Part shown: piece after piece, positions 28,499-39,025 of the stretch
How positions within the stretch are numbered: position 1 is the stretch's first letter
Layout: the number at the start of each line of letters is the position of its first letter
IMG/VR virus record: IMGVR_UViG_3300025900_000203
Strand: one strand, 5' to 3'
From: an uncultured virus (IMG/VR IMGVR_UViG_3300025900_000203)
Taxonomy: Duplodnaviria > Heunggongvirae > Uroviricota > Caudoviricetes
DNA: 64,000 nucleotides
Position numbers and translations under genes: made by a program
Notes under the pieces: generated by a model
The model's database searches: none
What the model saw: only the letters and a program-made list of their open reading frames with translations
What the model was told of the DNA's origin: nothing

Positions 28499-29074
28499 CT
28501 AGCGGCACCGAAGCGCGGCGAGCGTTGCTTCCAGCTTTGCAAGCTTCACGGCATGCTCTGCAGCATCCTTGGCGAGTAACTCCGCCCGTTTTTCCGCAGA
28601 AACGAAGGTGTTCTCTCGAGGTCTCCATCCACTTTCTTTCTCGATGTCCTTCACAAGGAGATCAGCCACGATCTCGCATCCCGTGGGCGTTAGCTTCGCG
28701 GAGGGCCCTGTCACTTCGATGACCCCGGCTTGTACTGCGCGCTTCAAATGTGGAGCGTCAACCGCAGGCACCCGGCTTGAGAATGTGGGGCCGCCGTGCT
28801 GGAGGACCATTGCTTTGAGGGCGAAGAGATTGGTGTCCGTCAAGAATGTGGGCTTGTGTGCTGCGGCGGCTTGCGCTGCCCGGAGTCCGTCAGAGGCGGC
28901 TGTAAGCTGGAGCTGGAGGGCCTTTCGGGTCTCCAGGTCTCCGGTCTTCCGCGCTTCGCTTTGAATGTTCGCAATCCGCTTCTTCCAATCCGTTACCGTG
29001 GCCTGCGGATGGGGCGTTCCAGCCGCGAGTGCCGCGGTGACTTCTTCTTGGAGTTGCTTGGGCCGACGAGTCAT
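28499..29074 (-). CDS. Hypothetical protein with PKQLQEEV..AL leader
   Basis: ATG at 29074; helical protein. Confidence 0.55.
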   Translation of the reverse strand: MTRRPKQLQEEVTAALAAGTPHPQATVTDWKKRIANIQSEARKTGDLETRKALQLQLTAASDGLRAAQAAAAHKPTFLTDTNLFALKAMVLQHGGPTFSSRVPAVDAPHLKRAVQAGVIEVTGPSAKLTPTGCEIVADLLVKDIEKESGWRPRENTFVSAEKRAELLAKDAAEHAVKLAKLEATLAALRCR

Positions 29075-29090
29075 ACGTAGCCCGACTCTA

Positions 29091-29381
29091 TCAGTTTCCG
29101 CGACGTCGCAAGATTGCGGTCTCGGCAGCCCCGAGGACACGGAGTCTGCTTCGTCGGCTCTTCGCTTTGGCTTTGTGCGCCTTTGCCCAGTGGAAGCACC
29201 AGACGCCAACCGTATGCTCACGCTCGCGCTCGCTATGCTCTCGGAGGATGCGTGCCGCGTCGAGATGATCTCCACGGGTCCAACCGGAGAGCGATCGCAC
29301 ATCTGGATCGCCGTCGGTCGGCACACGTACCTCGATGCCGGTACGCGTGTAGCCGAGGATCATGGACTTCTTGCTGCTCAT
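29091..29381 (-). CDS. Hypothetical protein
   Basis: ORF in minus-strand block. Confidence 0.45.
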   Translation of the reverse strand: MSSKKSMILGYTRTGIEVRVPTDGDPDVRSLSGWTRGDHLDAARILREHSEREREHTVGVWCFHWAKAHKAKAKSRRSRLRVLGAAETAILRRRGN

Positions 29382-29400
29382 GAGATCGATCCTGCCAAGG

Positions 29401-29808
29401 CTACGTTAGTCGTGACTTCTTTGGTAGAACGCTAGGCTCGATCGGAACGACGTTAGCCCAGGTGCCGGTGATCGGTGACGGCACGCTGTCGGGCGTGACT
29501 TCAGGATCCAACTCGGTCACGAACTTGAATTTTCCTTTGGGCTCAATCCATGCCGCGCGCGGAGTCTTGTCTTCGTTCGCCCAGCGCACGATATCTGCGG
29601 CCAATCGTTCGAGCATCGTCGGCGCGTAGCCATACCCATCAAGACGAAGTGCAAGCACGTGGACATCTTCGGGTCCGAGCCGCACCGATAGATCGGATCC
29701 TCCGGGAAACGCCGCGAAGGCCATCCCCCATTGACGGTGATTACCCAGCGCGTACCAAGCTTCGTCTTCTCGGTGCAGGTAACAGGTTAGTTCATTCGCT
29801 GTCAGCAT
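29401..29808 (-). CDS. Hypothetical protein
   Basis: ORF in minus-strand block. Confidence 0.5.
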   Translation of the reverse strand: MLTANELTCYLHREDEAWYALGNHRQWGMAFAAFPGGSDLSVRLGPEDVHVLALRLDGYGYAPTMLERLAADIVRWANEDKTPRAAWIEPKGKFKFVTELDPEVTPDSVPSPITGTWANVVPIEPSVLPKKSRLT

Positions 29809-29971
29809 TCTTGTTGTCTACCGCTCTGGCAATCGTGATGGCACACTCATCACAGGACCTCTAGCGGATCATCGCCGCAGTGCATGCCGCAGAGTTGACA
29901 CTCTGCGACACCGCGAAACAGTTTCTGCGTACACCTTCGCCTGATCTCGACCTTTTCTATGCAGGTCATGA

Positions 29972-30292
29972 CTAGTTCCCACCTTGAAGTGTAATCGTCC
30001 AATCGCTTTGCCGAAGTGGACAATCCTCTGGGACCGCGTGTTTGTCCTTGACCACCCGACGATCTCGTCCCGTCAAGATCCGCTGCGCCTCAACATCACG
30101 ATCGGGGCCTGGAGGAAGGCCTATTTTCAGATCGTTCGTCGGAAAGACGGCGCCGTTTGGCAAGAGGTTGCAGAGGCCGTACTCCGAGTCTGCGAGGAGC
30201 GCTGCGGTGAAGACCCCGCCGATACGCTTGATCGGACTGTCTTCGAAAAAAGGACAGAGGGAGCAGCGCGTGACGACATGCAGTTTGATCAT
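29972..30292 (-). CDS. Cys-containing hypothetical protein
   Basis: CSLCPF...C...PEDCPL phage motif. Confidence 0.55.
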   Translation of the reverse strand: MIKLHVVTRCSLCPFFEDSPIKRIGGVFTAALLADSEYGLCNLLPNGAVFPTNDLKIGLPPGPDRDVEAQRILTGRDRRVVKDKHAVPEDCPLRQSDWTITLQGGN

Positions 30293-30309
30293 CTCGTTAG
30301 AACTCTTCG

Positions 30310-30684
30310 TCAGAACAGGATGGTTACTCGACAGTCATCGTGAATAATTCCTTTGACTGTATTGTACAGATCTGAACCGTCAGGGACATGACTGTTCTCG
30401 ATCTTTCGAAGACGCCGCTCTAGTGCCTTGACGATGGGCGCCGTCGTGCGCGAGTAGTCCTCACTGATTTTCTCGTGCTCTTGCTCGGTCAGCTCTGGGT
30501 AGTCCGGCGCTGATTCTTCGATGTCCTCAAGTGCTTTTTCTGCAACGTCCGCCTCGTGTCTGACTGCTGTAGACAAGGCGTCGCATGCCTTTTTGAGGTT
30601 CGCTGCCGCTGCAACAACGTTTCGCTTTGCAACTTCGACAGCTTCTACGAGCTCTGGGCTGAATGTGCTACCGCGCTTCGCCAT
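30310..30684 (-). CDS. Hypothetical coiled-coil protein
   Basis: Clean ORF. Confidence 0.5.
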   Translation of the reverse strand: MAKRGSTFSPELVEAVEVAKRNVVAAAANLKKACDALSTAVRHEADVAEKALEDIEESAPDYPELTEQEHEKISEDYSRTTAPIVKALERRLRKIENSHVPDGSDLYNTVKGIIHDDCRVTILF

Positions 30685-30721
30685 GGCTAACGTTACTACG
30701 TGGAGGTGATCTACCGCGGTC

Positions 30722-31684
30722 TTACAAGGACGTTTGATAGCTGACGATCACAATGCCGCTGCTTCCGTGGCCGCCTAGCATGAAGGCACCGCCACCACCG
30801 CCACCGCTGCCCGTACTCGGAACTCCGTCCTTTCCGCGATCGTTCAGGCCGCCAGCTCCACCGCCACCCATACCACCCATACCTGTTTTCAGGTTGTGGT
30901 TGCCAAGATCTTGAACTCCGCCGCCACCTCCACCGGCATAGACGACGGATTCACCGGAGATGCTGAAGTCTTTTCCAGACCCTCCATTCCCTTCTCCACT
31001 CATATAGCCGCCTGCCCCATACCCAAGAGATCCACCACCACCCGCTCCTGCGAATACCTCACTGCCGGAGTTATATCCAGTACCTCCTCCATCCATGCCT
31101 TGGTCGACGGTGCCTTTTCCGCCGAGGCCGTCGTTGGTGTCGTGACTGGCCCCCCCTCCGCAACCTCCGTTGACCATCGCGCTCGGCCTCCCGCCACCTC
31201 CGCCGATGGCGGTGATGTTTCCGAAAGTGGAATTTTCGCCTGCGCGCGCAGGCAGCCCGCCGTCGCCTACGACCACGCTATAGCTTGATTGGTTGTTTGC
31301 GTAGCTGCTTATGTGTACGACACCGCCACCACCGCCGCCGCCACCGCCGCGACTAGATCCTCCGCCACCACCACCACCGACGATGAGCACTTCGAATGTC
31401 TGTGTAGCTGCAGGCGCTATGAAGTTGGTAGATCCGACAGCCGTGAAACTGTGAATCGTCCTGCCGTCGACATGGGTGATTGTTCCACCCATTCCATCGT
31501 TTGGCAACTGGCACGTGACCACTTCATTTGGGGAGTGGCAAAGTCCCTCCTCCCCGCACGTGAGCCCTTCGGGACATTCAGAATCCGTAGCACATCGCAC
31601 CGTGCAGTCTTCGAAGCGTACGTCGTAGGTGCAGGCAGATAGTGCCGTGCTCCAAAGAAATAACAAGTGGATTGCTTTTGTCAT
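30722..31684 (-). CDS. Lipoprotein with Cys-rich region and glycine-rich domain
   Basis: Lipobox LSAC; C..DSECPEGL.C; EVLIVGGGGGG ... GSSGIVIVSY. Confidence 0.75.
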   Translation of the reverse strand: MTKAIHLLFLWSTALSACTYDVRFEDCTVRCATDSECPEGLTCGEEGLCHSPNEVVTCQLPNDGMGGTITHVDGRTIHSFTAVGSTNFIAPAATQTFEVLIVGGGGGGGSSRGGGGGGGGGVVHISSYANNQSSYSVVVGDGGLPARAGENSTFGNITAIGGGGGRPSAMVNGGCGGGASHDTNDGLGGKGTVDQGMDGGGTGYNSGSEVFAGAGGGGSLGYGAGGYMSGEGNGGSGKDFSISGESVVYAGGGGGGVQDLGNHNLKTGMGGMGGGGAGGLNDRGKDGVPSTGSGGGGGGAFMLGGHGSSGIVIVSYQTSL

Positions 31685-32334
31685 GGTAGCCGCGCACGGC
31701 AGTGACCACACAGACCGTCCAGACCGTCGACGATCTCACCGCATGAACAGCGTGCCCATTCGCTGTGTGTCCAGCAACGTCCGTGTGTTTCACAAGCGTC
31801 TACTGGATCGCAGGGCGCAGGAGGATTTGATTTCTGGAGATCCTCTCGCAACTCCATCCACAGACATCCGAGCCAGTTTCGCCCGAGCCATCCACGATCG
31901 GTTTGTCGCGCTCCCCAAAACATGGCGGATCCCTTGTTCCAGCGACGGCTCACATCTTCGATTAGCCGCACGCTCTCGGTGGCCAGGAGCTGCTTCTTTA
32001 GCGTGGGGTGTTGTGTGATCTTGAGCCGGATCACACGACGCATGAGATCGAGATCCTCCGTCGATTGAGGCTTCACAGCCATCTCACTCTCGCGATGCTT
32101 GGCCACCATCTTGGCAGCCATCGGACTGCGTTCTGCTCGAATGAGATCGCGTGCCGGATGGCTCGGCGCAAAGCGCAAGGCTTGGAACAAGGCCTCGGCG
32201 GTGCTCCAGATCGCATCCTCCGCGCTGATCGGATGCGGGGACATGTTGCCCAGCCACCCGTAGGGTGCACGTACACTCGTGAAGCTGATCACGTGCTCGA
32301 TGAGATGTGGATCGCTCACCAGCGTGCACTCCAT
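31681..32334 (-). CDS. NADAR (YbiA-like) protein with Cys-rich tail
   Basis: PYGWLGNMSPHPI, TAEALFQA.RF, K..QHP.L...LLAT, LIE, FWG, G.NWLG..WMELRE. Confidence 0.85.
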   Translation of the reverse strand: MECTLVSDPHLIEHVISFTSVRAPYGWLGNMSPHPISAEDAIWSTAEALFQALRFAPSHPARDLIRAERSPMAAKMVAKHRESEMAVKPQSTEDLDLMRRVIRLKITQHPTLKKQLLATESVRLIEDVSRRWNKGSAMFWGARQTDRGWLGRNWLGCLWMELREDLQKSNPPAPCDPVDACETHGRCWTHSEWARCSCGEIVDGLDGLCGHCRARLP

Positions 32335-33188
32335 GTCAGGCCCACGCTTCCGTTGTGCGATGTCACCGCGAAATGCTCTGCACGATCACCGAAGTAGTAC
32401 AACGCTGCTCCGGCGAGTAGACCGATGCTGCCCATGGCATCGAGTCCGATCCCGATCGCGACATCCCGTCGACCTGCAGCATCCTGAGATCGTAGCGTCG
32501 ACCAGTCGCAGCCGTTGCGGCATGCCACGGTCACTGCATCCCCAATCGCTCTCCCGTGATGCCCGAGGTAGAGCCCTGTCGCGATGAGCACGCTACCGGC
32601 GACGCCGGTGACAACACCTGCACGACGCAGCGCGCGACCTTCTTCAGGAAGTGCCGTTACTACATCGGGTGACGTCCGCGTGACCACGTGAATGGGCAAT
32701 GGTGTAGGAGGTTCTGGTGGTGTCCCACAGCGTACTTCCAACTCCAAAGTGAGGTCTTTCGCCAGCCGTTGTTGGTCAGACGGCTGCGTGGCTGCGAGGA
32801 AGCGACGGTATGTGATGAGGGCCCCTTCACAATCGCCGGCAAGACGCTGGGCCTGCGCGATGTTGAAGAGGAGTCCGATCTCGCCTGAGAGTTGGAGAGA
32901 CGTTCGCCATTTCGCGATCGCGGTCGCGTAGTCGTTGCGATCGTAGGCGGCTTGCCCCTCTAGGTAGAGGTGCTCCGCGTCAATGATTTCTTCGGCACGT
33001 GCCACATCTGCGAGTGCAAGAAGGGTGAGGAGCACGAGTGCGAGGATCACCCACGGTCTACGCCGCCGACGAGTTTCGTCTTCTTGAAGCTGTCGACGAA
33101 ACTCAAGTAGCATGGCACCTTGCTCGGCTGTGATGCGGTTGGAGCGCACGAGATCGTGAACTTGGGAAATTGGCGTTCCGTGCATCAT
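32316..33188 (-). CDS. Secreted/membrane TPR protein
   Basis: Hydrophobic signal then GQAAYD..DY..AI..W...LLFNIAQA.R..G.C..A...YRRFL; C-terminal Gly-rich hydrophobic segments. Confidence 0.75.
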   Translation of the reverse strand: MMHGTPISQVHDLVRSNRITAEQGAMLLEFRRQLQEDETRRRRRPWVILALVLLTLLALADVARAEEIIDAEHLYLEGQAAYDRNDYATAIAKWRTSLQLSGEIGLLFNIAQAQRLAGDCEGALITYRRFLAATQPSDQQRLAKDLTLELEVRCGTPPEPPTPLPIHVVTRTSPDVVTALPEEGRALRRAGVVTGVAGSVLIATGLYLGHHGRAIGDAVTVACRNGCDWSTLRSQDAAGRRDVAIGIGLDAMGSIGLLAGAALYYFGDRAEHFAVTSHNGSVGLTWSARW

Positions 33189-33198
33189 CGGAGGCTCC

Positions 33199-34593
33199 TC
33201 AGGGCGTCTTATGCGAAAAGGGGTTAACGATCTGATCGCGACCTTGCCGAACTTTCACCCTCGGTACGCTCGGTACGCTCGGTACGCTCGGTACGCTCGG
33301 TACGCTCGGTACGCTCGGTACGCTCGGCTTGGGTGTAGGCTTCGCGTTGGGGGCCGGAACGCTTTTGTGTGGAGGTAGCGGTGGCATCGCGTCGACCTGC
33401 ACGGATGCGGCGACTGGAACGGTCGACACGGTTGGTACGACGAGGGGTACCGTAGGGGCACTCTTCTCGCTGCGGGTGCTCAGCCGCGTGCCTGCGAGGA
33501 AGCCGAGACTCGCGCCGATCGCTACGATCCCAAGCTTCCCCCAGGGGACCCGCTGCCGTCGCCGCATCGCACGAGGTCCGATCAACTCCGTGATCGCGCG
33601 TTGTGAAGGCGTGGATACCCGAAGGTTCGTGAGGACGGAACGGATCTGCGCCAGCGTGGGGCGATGATCGGGATCTTTGGCGAGCATCGCGAAGAGCACG
33701 AGATCAAGTTGTGGATGGATCTCTGGCCAGATCGATCGTGGCAAGGGCGGGTCGGCATGGAGATGCGCGGCGTAGAGCTCCGGCGCGGTGCGCGCATGGG
33801 TGAACGGCCCGACCCCGAGAAGCAGTTCATACGCGATGCAACCGAGCGCATAGATGTCGGTGCGATGATCGACACCCACACCTCGAGCTTGCTCCGGGGA
33901 CATGTACATCGGCGTGCCGAGCGCGACACCACTCTGCGTGCGCTGCGCGCGGTAGTCGTCGTTGACGCGATCCGCAGCAAGTTTGGCGAGGCCGAAGTCG
34001 ACGAGCTTCACGATCGGTGGCTCATCCGGCAAGTGTACAAGGAACGTGTTCTCCGGTTTGAGATCCCGATGGATGACGCCTTGGCCGTGCGCGGCTTCCA
34101 ACCCACGCGCCATTTGATCGATCACACGCAGTGCCTCCAGCAGAGGAAGCCGCCCTCGTGTCATGCGCTCGAACAAACTTTCCCCTTTCAGGTACTCCAT
34201 GACGAAAAAGGCGCGGCCGTCGCTCAGCTCGCCGATGTGATCGACCGCCACGATTGCAGGGTGCTGAACCTGGGCGAGGGTTCGTGCCTCCATCGCGAAG
34301 CGCTCGATCGCATCGGTGTCTTCGGAGAGTCGCTTGCGAATCACCTTGATCGCGACACGCTTGCCGAGTTTCACGTGGTGGGCCGCGTACACTTCGCCCA
34401 TCGAGCCAGCGCCGAGGCGGGCATCGATCTCGTAAGTGTCCCCCACCATCGATCCGGGTGGTAGATCGCGGAAGTTGTCGTGGCGCACGATAGAGGTCGG
34501 AGGATCCGACGCTACGGTACCGCGGGACAGTGGAGCTTGGTCGTTGAATCTAGGCATCGGCATCAGCATCGAGAGGAGATCTCCCACCCTCAC
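33199..34593 (-). CDS. Eukaryotic-like (Hanks) Ser/Thr protein kinase with transmembrane helix
   Basis: LGAGSMGEVY, VAIKV, HRDLKPEN, DFGLAK, GTPMYMSPEQ, DIYALG; TM segment and Pro-rich tail. Confidence 0.95.
   Translation of the reverse strand: MRVGDLLSMLMPMPRFNDQAPLSRGTVASDPPTSIVRHDNFRDLPPGSMVGDTYEIDARLGAGSMGEVYAAHHVKLGKRVAIKVIRKRLSEDTDAIERFAMEARTLAQVQHPAIVAVDHIGELSDGRAFFVMEYLKGESLFERMTRGRLPLLEALRVIDQMARGLEAAHGQGVIHRDLKPENTFLVHLPDEPPIVKLVDFGLAKLAADRVNDDYRAQRTQSGVALGTPMYMSPEQARGVGVDHRTDIYALGCIAYELLLGVGPFTHARTAPELYAAHLHADPPLPRSIWPEIHPQLDLVLFAMLAKDPDHRPTLAQIRSVLTNLRVSTPSQRAITELIGPRAMRRRQRVPWGKLGIVAIGASLGFLAGTRLSTRSEKSAPTVPLVVPTVSTVPVAASVQVDAMPPLPPHKSVPAPNAKPTPKPSVPSVPSVPSVPSVPSVPSVPRVKVRQGRDQIVNPFSHKTP
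33260..33327. repeat. 9-bp tandem repeat (CTCGGTACG)x7 encoding (PSV)n in the kinase tail
   Basis: Seen directly. Confidence 0.95.
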
Positions 34594-34619
34594 GCACCTA
34601 CTCGAAAGAGAGGTACCGT

Positions 34620-34838
34620 TTGGACATGTTCGGAATGAAGAAACGTGTAGAGCGTGTGCGCCAGGCGTTGGTACAAGCCCTCAAGAAGAAGGGCTTCGAG
34701 ATCATGAAGCCCTACGAGCGACTTCCGCCGGATCAAATTCCTAAGCACGATCTCGCCCGCGGGTTGGTCTTGTTCGATCTGGCCGAGATCCTCGAGAAGC
34801 TTTCGGTCGAGGAGCACCCGGACGACGAGAAGGAGTAG
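34620..34838 (+). CDS. Small hypothetical protein
   Basis: RBS AGAGG; charged helical ORF divergent from the kinase. Confidence 0.45.
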   Translation: MDMFGMKKRVERVRQALVQALKKKGFEIMKPYERLPPDQIPKHDLARGLVLFDLAEILEKLSVEEHPDDEKE

Positions 34839-35097
34839 CGGCTCGTCGAGATTCACGCTTCTTTGCATCGGCGGCCATCACAGATAACCGTGTGCGCAGG
34901 AAGGCGAGCAGCATCATCGCGTTGTCATCGCCGAGCTTGGAAAGGAATGTCCCAAGCTCATCGAGGAACGTGCAGGACTTTTCCAATGCGTAGGCGTCCG
35001 AGCCCCGCGCCTTCTCGATCATCGCTTCGATGTTCCGGCTGCGCTGAGCCGGCCATTTGTGATCTAGCTCCGGCCATTTGCGATCTAGCTTTGTCAT
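34741..35097 (-). CDS. Hypothetical protein
   Basis: ORF with duplicated LD.KWP N-terminus. Confidence 0.4.
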   Translation of the reverse strand: MTKLDRKWPELDHKWPAQRSRNIEAMIEKARGSDAYALEKSCTFLDELGTFLSKLGDDNAMMLLAFLRTRLSVMAADAKKRESRRAATPSRRPGAPRPKASRGSRPDRTRPTRGRDRA

Positions 35098-36413
35098 GCG
35101 TTGTTCTCGACTTCCCGTGAAGCTTCTCGCAGTCGTTGGCAGTATTCGTCCAGCTCGCGCTGTTCGATGACCGTTCCCGGGGGTTTGTTCTGGAAGAAGG
35201 TGCGAATCACGCGAAGAACGCGCTGCCGCCGCAATTCATCCAGCATGTTGTGCCTCTTTGATGAGCGCTGCGATCCGCGCGGGCGTTAGCGGAAAGCCGT
35301 AACCCTTCCTCGCGCCCCGCTCTAAGTCATCCCAGGTGATGCCGAGGATGTCGGTAATCTCGCGGCGTAGGATCAACGCGCGTCCGCAACGGATCTCTAC
35401 CCAGCTTCCGTATTTCCAGGTGTACGTCACCCCATCGACGATGATCTTCCGCCCTCGTGACTTTCGTTCACTTGTGGTCAAGTGTCCTCCTCCTCAGACT
35501 TACAACCGCAGCTGATCGCTTGGGCTTCGCAGCAGGGGCATCGTTCGATGTCACAACCAGGAAGATGGAACTCGCCGACCTCGACATCACAGTCTGCACA
35601 GCGATGGTCGGTGCGAATCTCCTCGGTGGCGAGTCGGCTTTTGATCCGCTCTACGACTTCGTCCGTCGCTCTAGCGACGAGCCGCTCTTCGTAGGTCGCG
35701 TATGTGGAACTCCATCGGCAAAGTCATCGTACGTGCCCACAGTTTGAGCGTGAGCATGAGTGTTGGGATAGTGGTCCGCCACGAGGCGACCTCGAAACAT
35801 GACTCATGAAGGCTCCGCGGCAGCGGTTACCGCAGCGACGTGCACAGCGTACTCGGTATCCGTGTCTTGGCTGGTGAACTTCACCCCGCAAGAGCATTTG
35901 ACGATGCGCAAGGGCATTCCTTGAAGCATCGAAAAATATGCCCGGTGATCAGGATGCAGGACAGTATCGCTGTTCTTGGAGGTCTCTGCTTGAATGAAAG
36001 TGCAGAGCACATGAAGGACACGTGTGGCGCGAAGAGAGTCGAGGGTGAGCGTGCCGTACATCGTGCCCGTCGCGACACGAACGATGCCTTGTTTGTCGAC
36101 GCGCCCCAGCACCGCACACCGTGTACAGACGCGCAGGTGCGGCGCGATCGCGACGGCCTCCGACGGCAACTCCGTCCGGGTCACTTCCCGCCAGGAATGG
36201 CCGCGGCGCGAGGGTGGGCATTGGCTGTGGGACATGGTTACTTCGTGTCCTCGATGTGAAGGAGTTGGAAGCGATCCGCTTTCATGGCGGCTCTCACGGC
36301 TTTGTGCCGAAGGATGAACCAGAAGAGACTGAGCTGTCCCTTGAACTCCTTGGTAGCGGTGTTGCTCGGATGCGGAGGAACTCGGACATCCTTGGCGTAC
36401 ATGAGCACGTACA

Positions 36414-36857
36414 TCACACGGCTCCCTTGTAATCGAGGCTCCAAGTACGTTCGCCGGTGAACGGGTTGCAATGCTCGACCACCCGCAAGAGCTCCAGCGT
36501 GGGATCGTCGAACCAGTCACGAAGGAACGCTTCGATCAGGTGTCCTTTACAGCTCTGCGAGTTGAAGGGCTGCATGTAAGAGCTGCCTCCGCTGTGGTAG
36601 TGCTTGCGTGCGAGCCGCTCGTACTTCGCACGATCCCACTGGATGAGCCGATCGACATAGGTCGATCCGTTTCGCTTCGGGTTGGGGCTCGGCTGTCCCC
36701 AGATCGTGAACGGATCGTACGCGTATGGATGCGTTTGTTTGGTACGCCGCGGATGGTGACGGGGGAGGTCCACGTCACGGTTTGAGTCTTTCCGTTCACG
36801 CACGTCGTCGGCTGCGAACTTCCAGTAGAGCGGCGAGCTTTCGCGATCGAAGGTCAT
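36414..36857 (-). CDS. Hypothetical phage protein
   Basis: ATGA-coupled ORF in minus-strand operon. Confidence 0.55.
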   Translation of the reverse strand: MTFDRESSPLYWKFAADDVRERKDSNRDVDLPRHHPRRTKQTHPYAYDPFTIWGQPSPNPKRNGSTYVDRLIQWDRAKYERLARKHYHSGGSSYMQPFNSQSCKGHLIEAFLRDWFDDPTLELLRVVEHCNPFTGERTWSLDYKGAV

Positions 36858-37328
36858 GGCGTGTGCAGCTCCTCTTCCGTCGCGGTTACCGGCGTCACCT
36901 TCGACGGGTGATAGGTCTTCAGCAGAATACCGTAGTGATCGAGCCGGACGACAGCGAGCGTGTCGCCCTGTTCATCGAGCAGCAAACCAACCAACACACC
37001 AAATTGTGGGAAGCCTGGGCGGTCCTCTGTCTTGACACGCATGACATTGGACTCGTCCGTCATAGCCATCCCCCTTTCCGTCGCCGTTCCGCTTGCTCGC
37101 GGTACGCCTTCGGCGGCTTGGTGTAGAGACGTTCCAAGCGATGTGCTTCCCATGTTTGTTCAGCGTTGCTGTTCCAGGAAACCACAGCAGTCCGTTTTTC
37201 AGGGTCCACAGAGATCACGTTGACCTTCCAGAGGCCCCATTCATGCATCGTGGTGTTGCCTAGCGGTTGACGGTGCACATCGAGCAACACCATGCCAGGA
37301 GTGATCTTTTCGAATTTGATCGCCATGT

Positions 37329-37664
37329 CTAGCGCATACCTTCCTGGCTCGTGGCCCATGCAATCGCACGGTCGGCTTCGGCACGCTTCCGATCGAGCGA
37401 CTCGATCTCAAACCGTTTCACCGTCAGAAAGTGCCGGATCGCTTGCAGTGGTGTTTCGAAGAAGAGTCGCCCGTAGGCGTCGGGCTTGAACACCGTGCCG
37501 CCGCTACCAGGCAACGGCTTCTTGAGCTTGATCTGCTTGGGCGTCGCGTACTCAACGGGGATTGCCACCACCTTCCAGGTGTGTAGGCCTGGACCGACAG
37601 GATCGTCTTCTGCCACACGGTAGACGATGACCGTGAGCGTGTGGTTGGCTCTGAGAAGACTCAC
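37329..37664 (-). CDS. Hypothetical protein
   Basis: GTGA-coupled ORF. Confidence 0.5.
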   Translation of the reverse strand: MSLLRANHTLTVIVYRVAEDDPVGPGLHTWKVVAIPVEYATPKQIKLKKPLPGSGGTVFKPDAYGRLFFETPLQAIRHFLTVKRFEIESLDRKRAEADRAIAWATSQEGMR

Positions 37665-37894
37665 GGCGTGATCTCTCGCAGGCAGAAGCGTAGATAGACA
37701 CCTGGATGAGGCGTGGCGCGGAACACAGCTTCGACCGAGTGAACATCTGTGTGCTTATGCAGGTAGAGCATCGTCTCGGCAGCGATGCATCCTTGTGGAG
37801 GCTCCAGCACGATCGCAGTGCCTTCGCAGAACCAACGCCAACGCACGGCGAACGCTTCCAGGATCGCGTGCACGCGTTCCTCGACGGTTTTCAC
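37661..37894 (-). CDS. Hypothetical protein
   Basis: GTGA-coupled to ruvB. Confidence 0.5.
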   Translation of the reverse strand: MKTVEERVHAILEAFAVRWRWFCEGTAIVLEPPQGCIAAETMLYLHKHTDVHSVEAVFRATPHPGVYLRFCLREITP

Positions 37895-38901
37895 GCGGCC
37901 ACTTCCGCGAGATGTACACGGCCCGCCTCTGTGGCGCGGCGTCCCTTGCCGCCGCGCTGGATGAGCGCGGCCTGCAAAAGGAAGGGCTCGACCACATCCT
38001 CGATCGTGCTGCGATCCTCTCCCAGCTCGGCGCAGATCGCTTCGATTCCAACGGCCCGCAACGCGACGACAGTGAGATAGCGACGGTCCAATGGATCGAG
38101 GCCACGATGATCGATCCCGAGTTGCGCGAGCGCGGCCGCCGCGAGTGGGCCATTGATCGCACCATGCTTGCCAACTCGCTCACCGTGCCGCACCAGGGCA
38201 CCCGTCACGACCGCGTTCATGGCCGCGTCTCGCACGCGCCGCAAGAGGCGATGCGCGATGCGCGGTGTCCCACGCGACGCCTGCGCGATCGTTGCGGCTC
38301 CTTCGAGATCGATCGTGACGCCGAGCTTCTGCGCGGAGCGCGTGATGATCGTGGTCATCTCCGGCAGCGTGTATGGCTTCAGCTGCCAGACGAATCCGAA
38401 GCGATCGAGCAGTGGCTTGGGGAGCTTCCCGGCATGCGTGGTCGCGGCGAGCAGCGTGAACTTCGGCAGTGGAATGCGGATGACCCGTTTGCCGGCCGGC
38501 ATGTCGATCACGCGATCTTCCATGGCGAGGTAGAGCATCTCCGCGATCGAGCGATCGAGCGCGTGGATCTCATCGATGAAGAGAACATCCCCTTCACCGA
38601 GGGCGGTGAGCAGCGACGCGAGCGCTCCCTTGTGCTCGATCGCCGGGGCGCTCGTCACGTGAAGCCTTCCACCAAGCTCTGTCGCGATGACGCCGGCGAG
38701 CGATGTTTTTCCAAGGCCTGCAGGACCAGCGAACAATTGGTGATCGAGTTGCCAGCCTCCTCGCTTCGCCGCGGTCACCGATTGCCGCAGGTTCGCGATC
38801 ACGTCGGTCTGGCCAATGTAATCGGCGAACCCTGTGGGGCGCAGTGCCGGATCCTCCGCGACGGAAGCGGTGTCGCTGACGAGATGAAGATGAGCGGGCA
38901 T
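37891..38901 (-). CDS. ruvB: Holliday junction branch migration ATPase RuvB
   Basis: LRP..F.DYIGQ, GPAGLGKTSLA, LFIDEIH, LYLAMED, FTL.AATT, PL.DRFG, SRGTPRIA.RLLRRVRD, TIEDVVEPFL. Confidence 0.95.
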   Translation of the reverse strand: MPAHLHLVSDTASVAEDPALRPTGFADYIGQTDVIANLRQSVTAAKRGGWQLDHQLFAGPAGLGKTSLAGVIATELGGRLHVTSAPAIEHKGALASLLTALGEGDVLFIDEIHALDRSIAEMLYLAMEDRVIDMPAGKRVIRIPLPKFTLLAATTHAGKLPKPLLDRFGFVWQLKPYTLPEMTTIITRSAQKLGVTIDLEGAATIAQASRGTPRIAHRLLRRVRDAAMNAVVTGALVRHGERVGKHGAINGPLAAAALAQLGIDHRGLDPLDRRYLTVVALRAVGIEAICAELGEDRSTIEDVVEPFLLQAALIQRGGKGRRATEAGRVHLAEVAA

Positions 38902-39007
38902 GTGAGCTACTGTTGCGATCCGCGTGCCTGCTTTCAGCACGTGTAACTTGTTGTCCTTCAATGGAGATACCTGTGCCGTACAGTGTCGGGTGAGGCTTCG
39001 TGAATCC

Positions 39008-39023
39008 GGGTAGCTGGATACCC
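39008..39023. promoter_or_regulatory. GGGTA-N6-TACCC palindrome upstream of ruvB
   Basis: GGGTAgctggaTACCC. Confidence 0.7.
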
Positions 39024-39025
39024 AG

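Noticed and set aside
33260..33327. 9-bp tandem repeat as a DNA signal
   Set aside because: In-frame (PSV)n linker expansion in a Pro-rich kinase tail
35050..35092. 21-bp duplication, and a similar 24-bp one near 26317-26365
   Set aside because: In-frame coding duplications with no further structure
37795..38946. 383-aa plus-strand ORF
   Set aside because: Antisense shadow of ruvB
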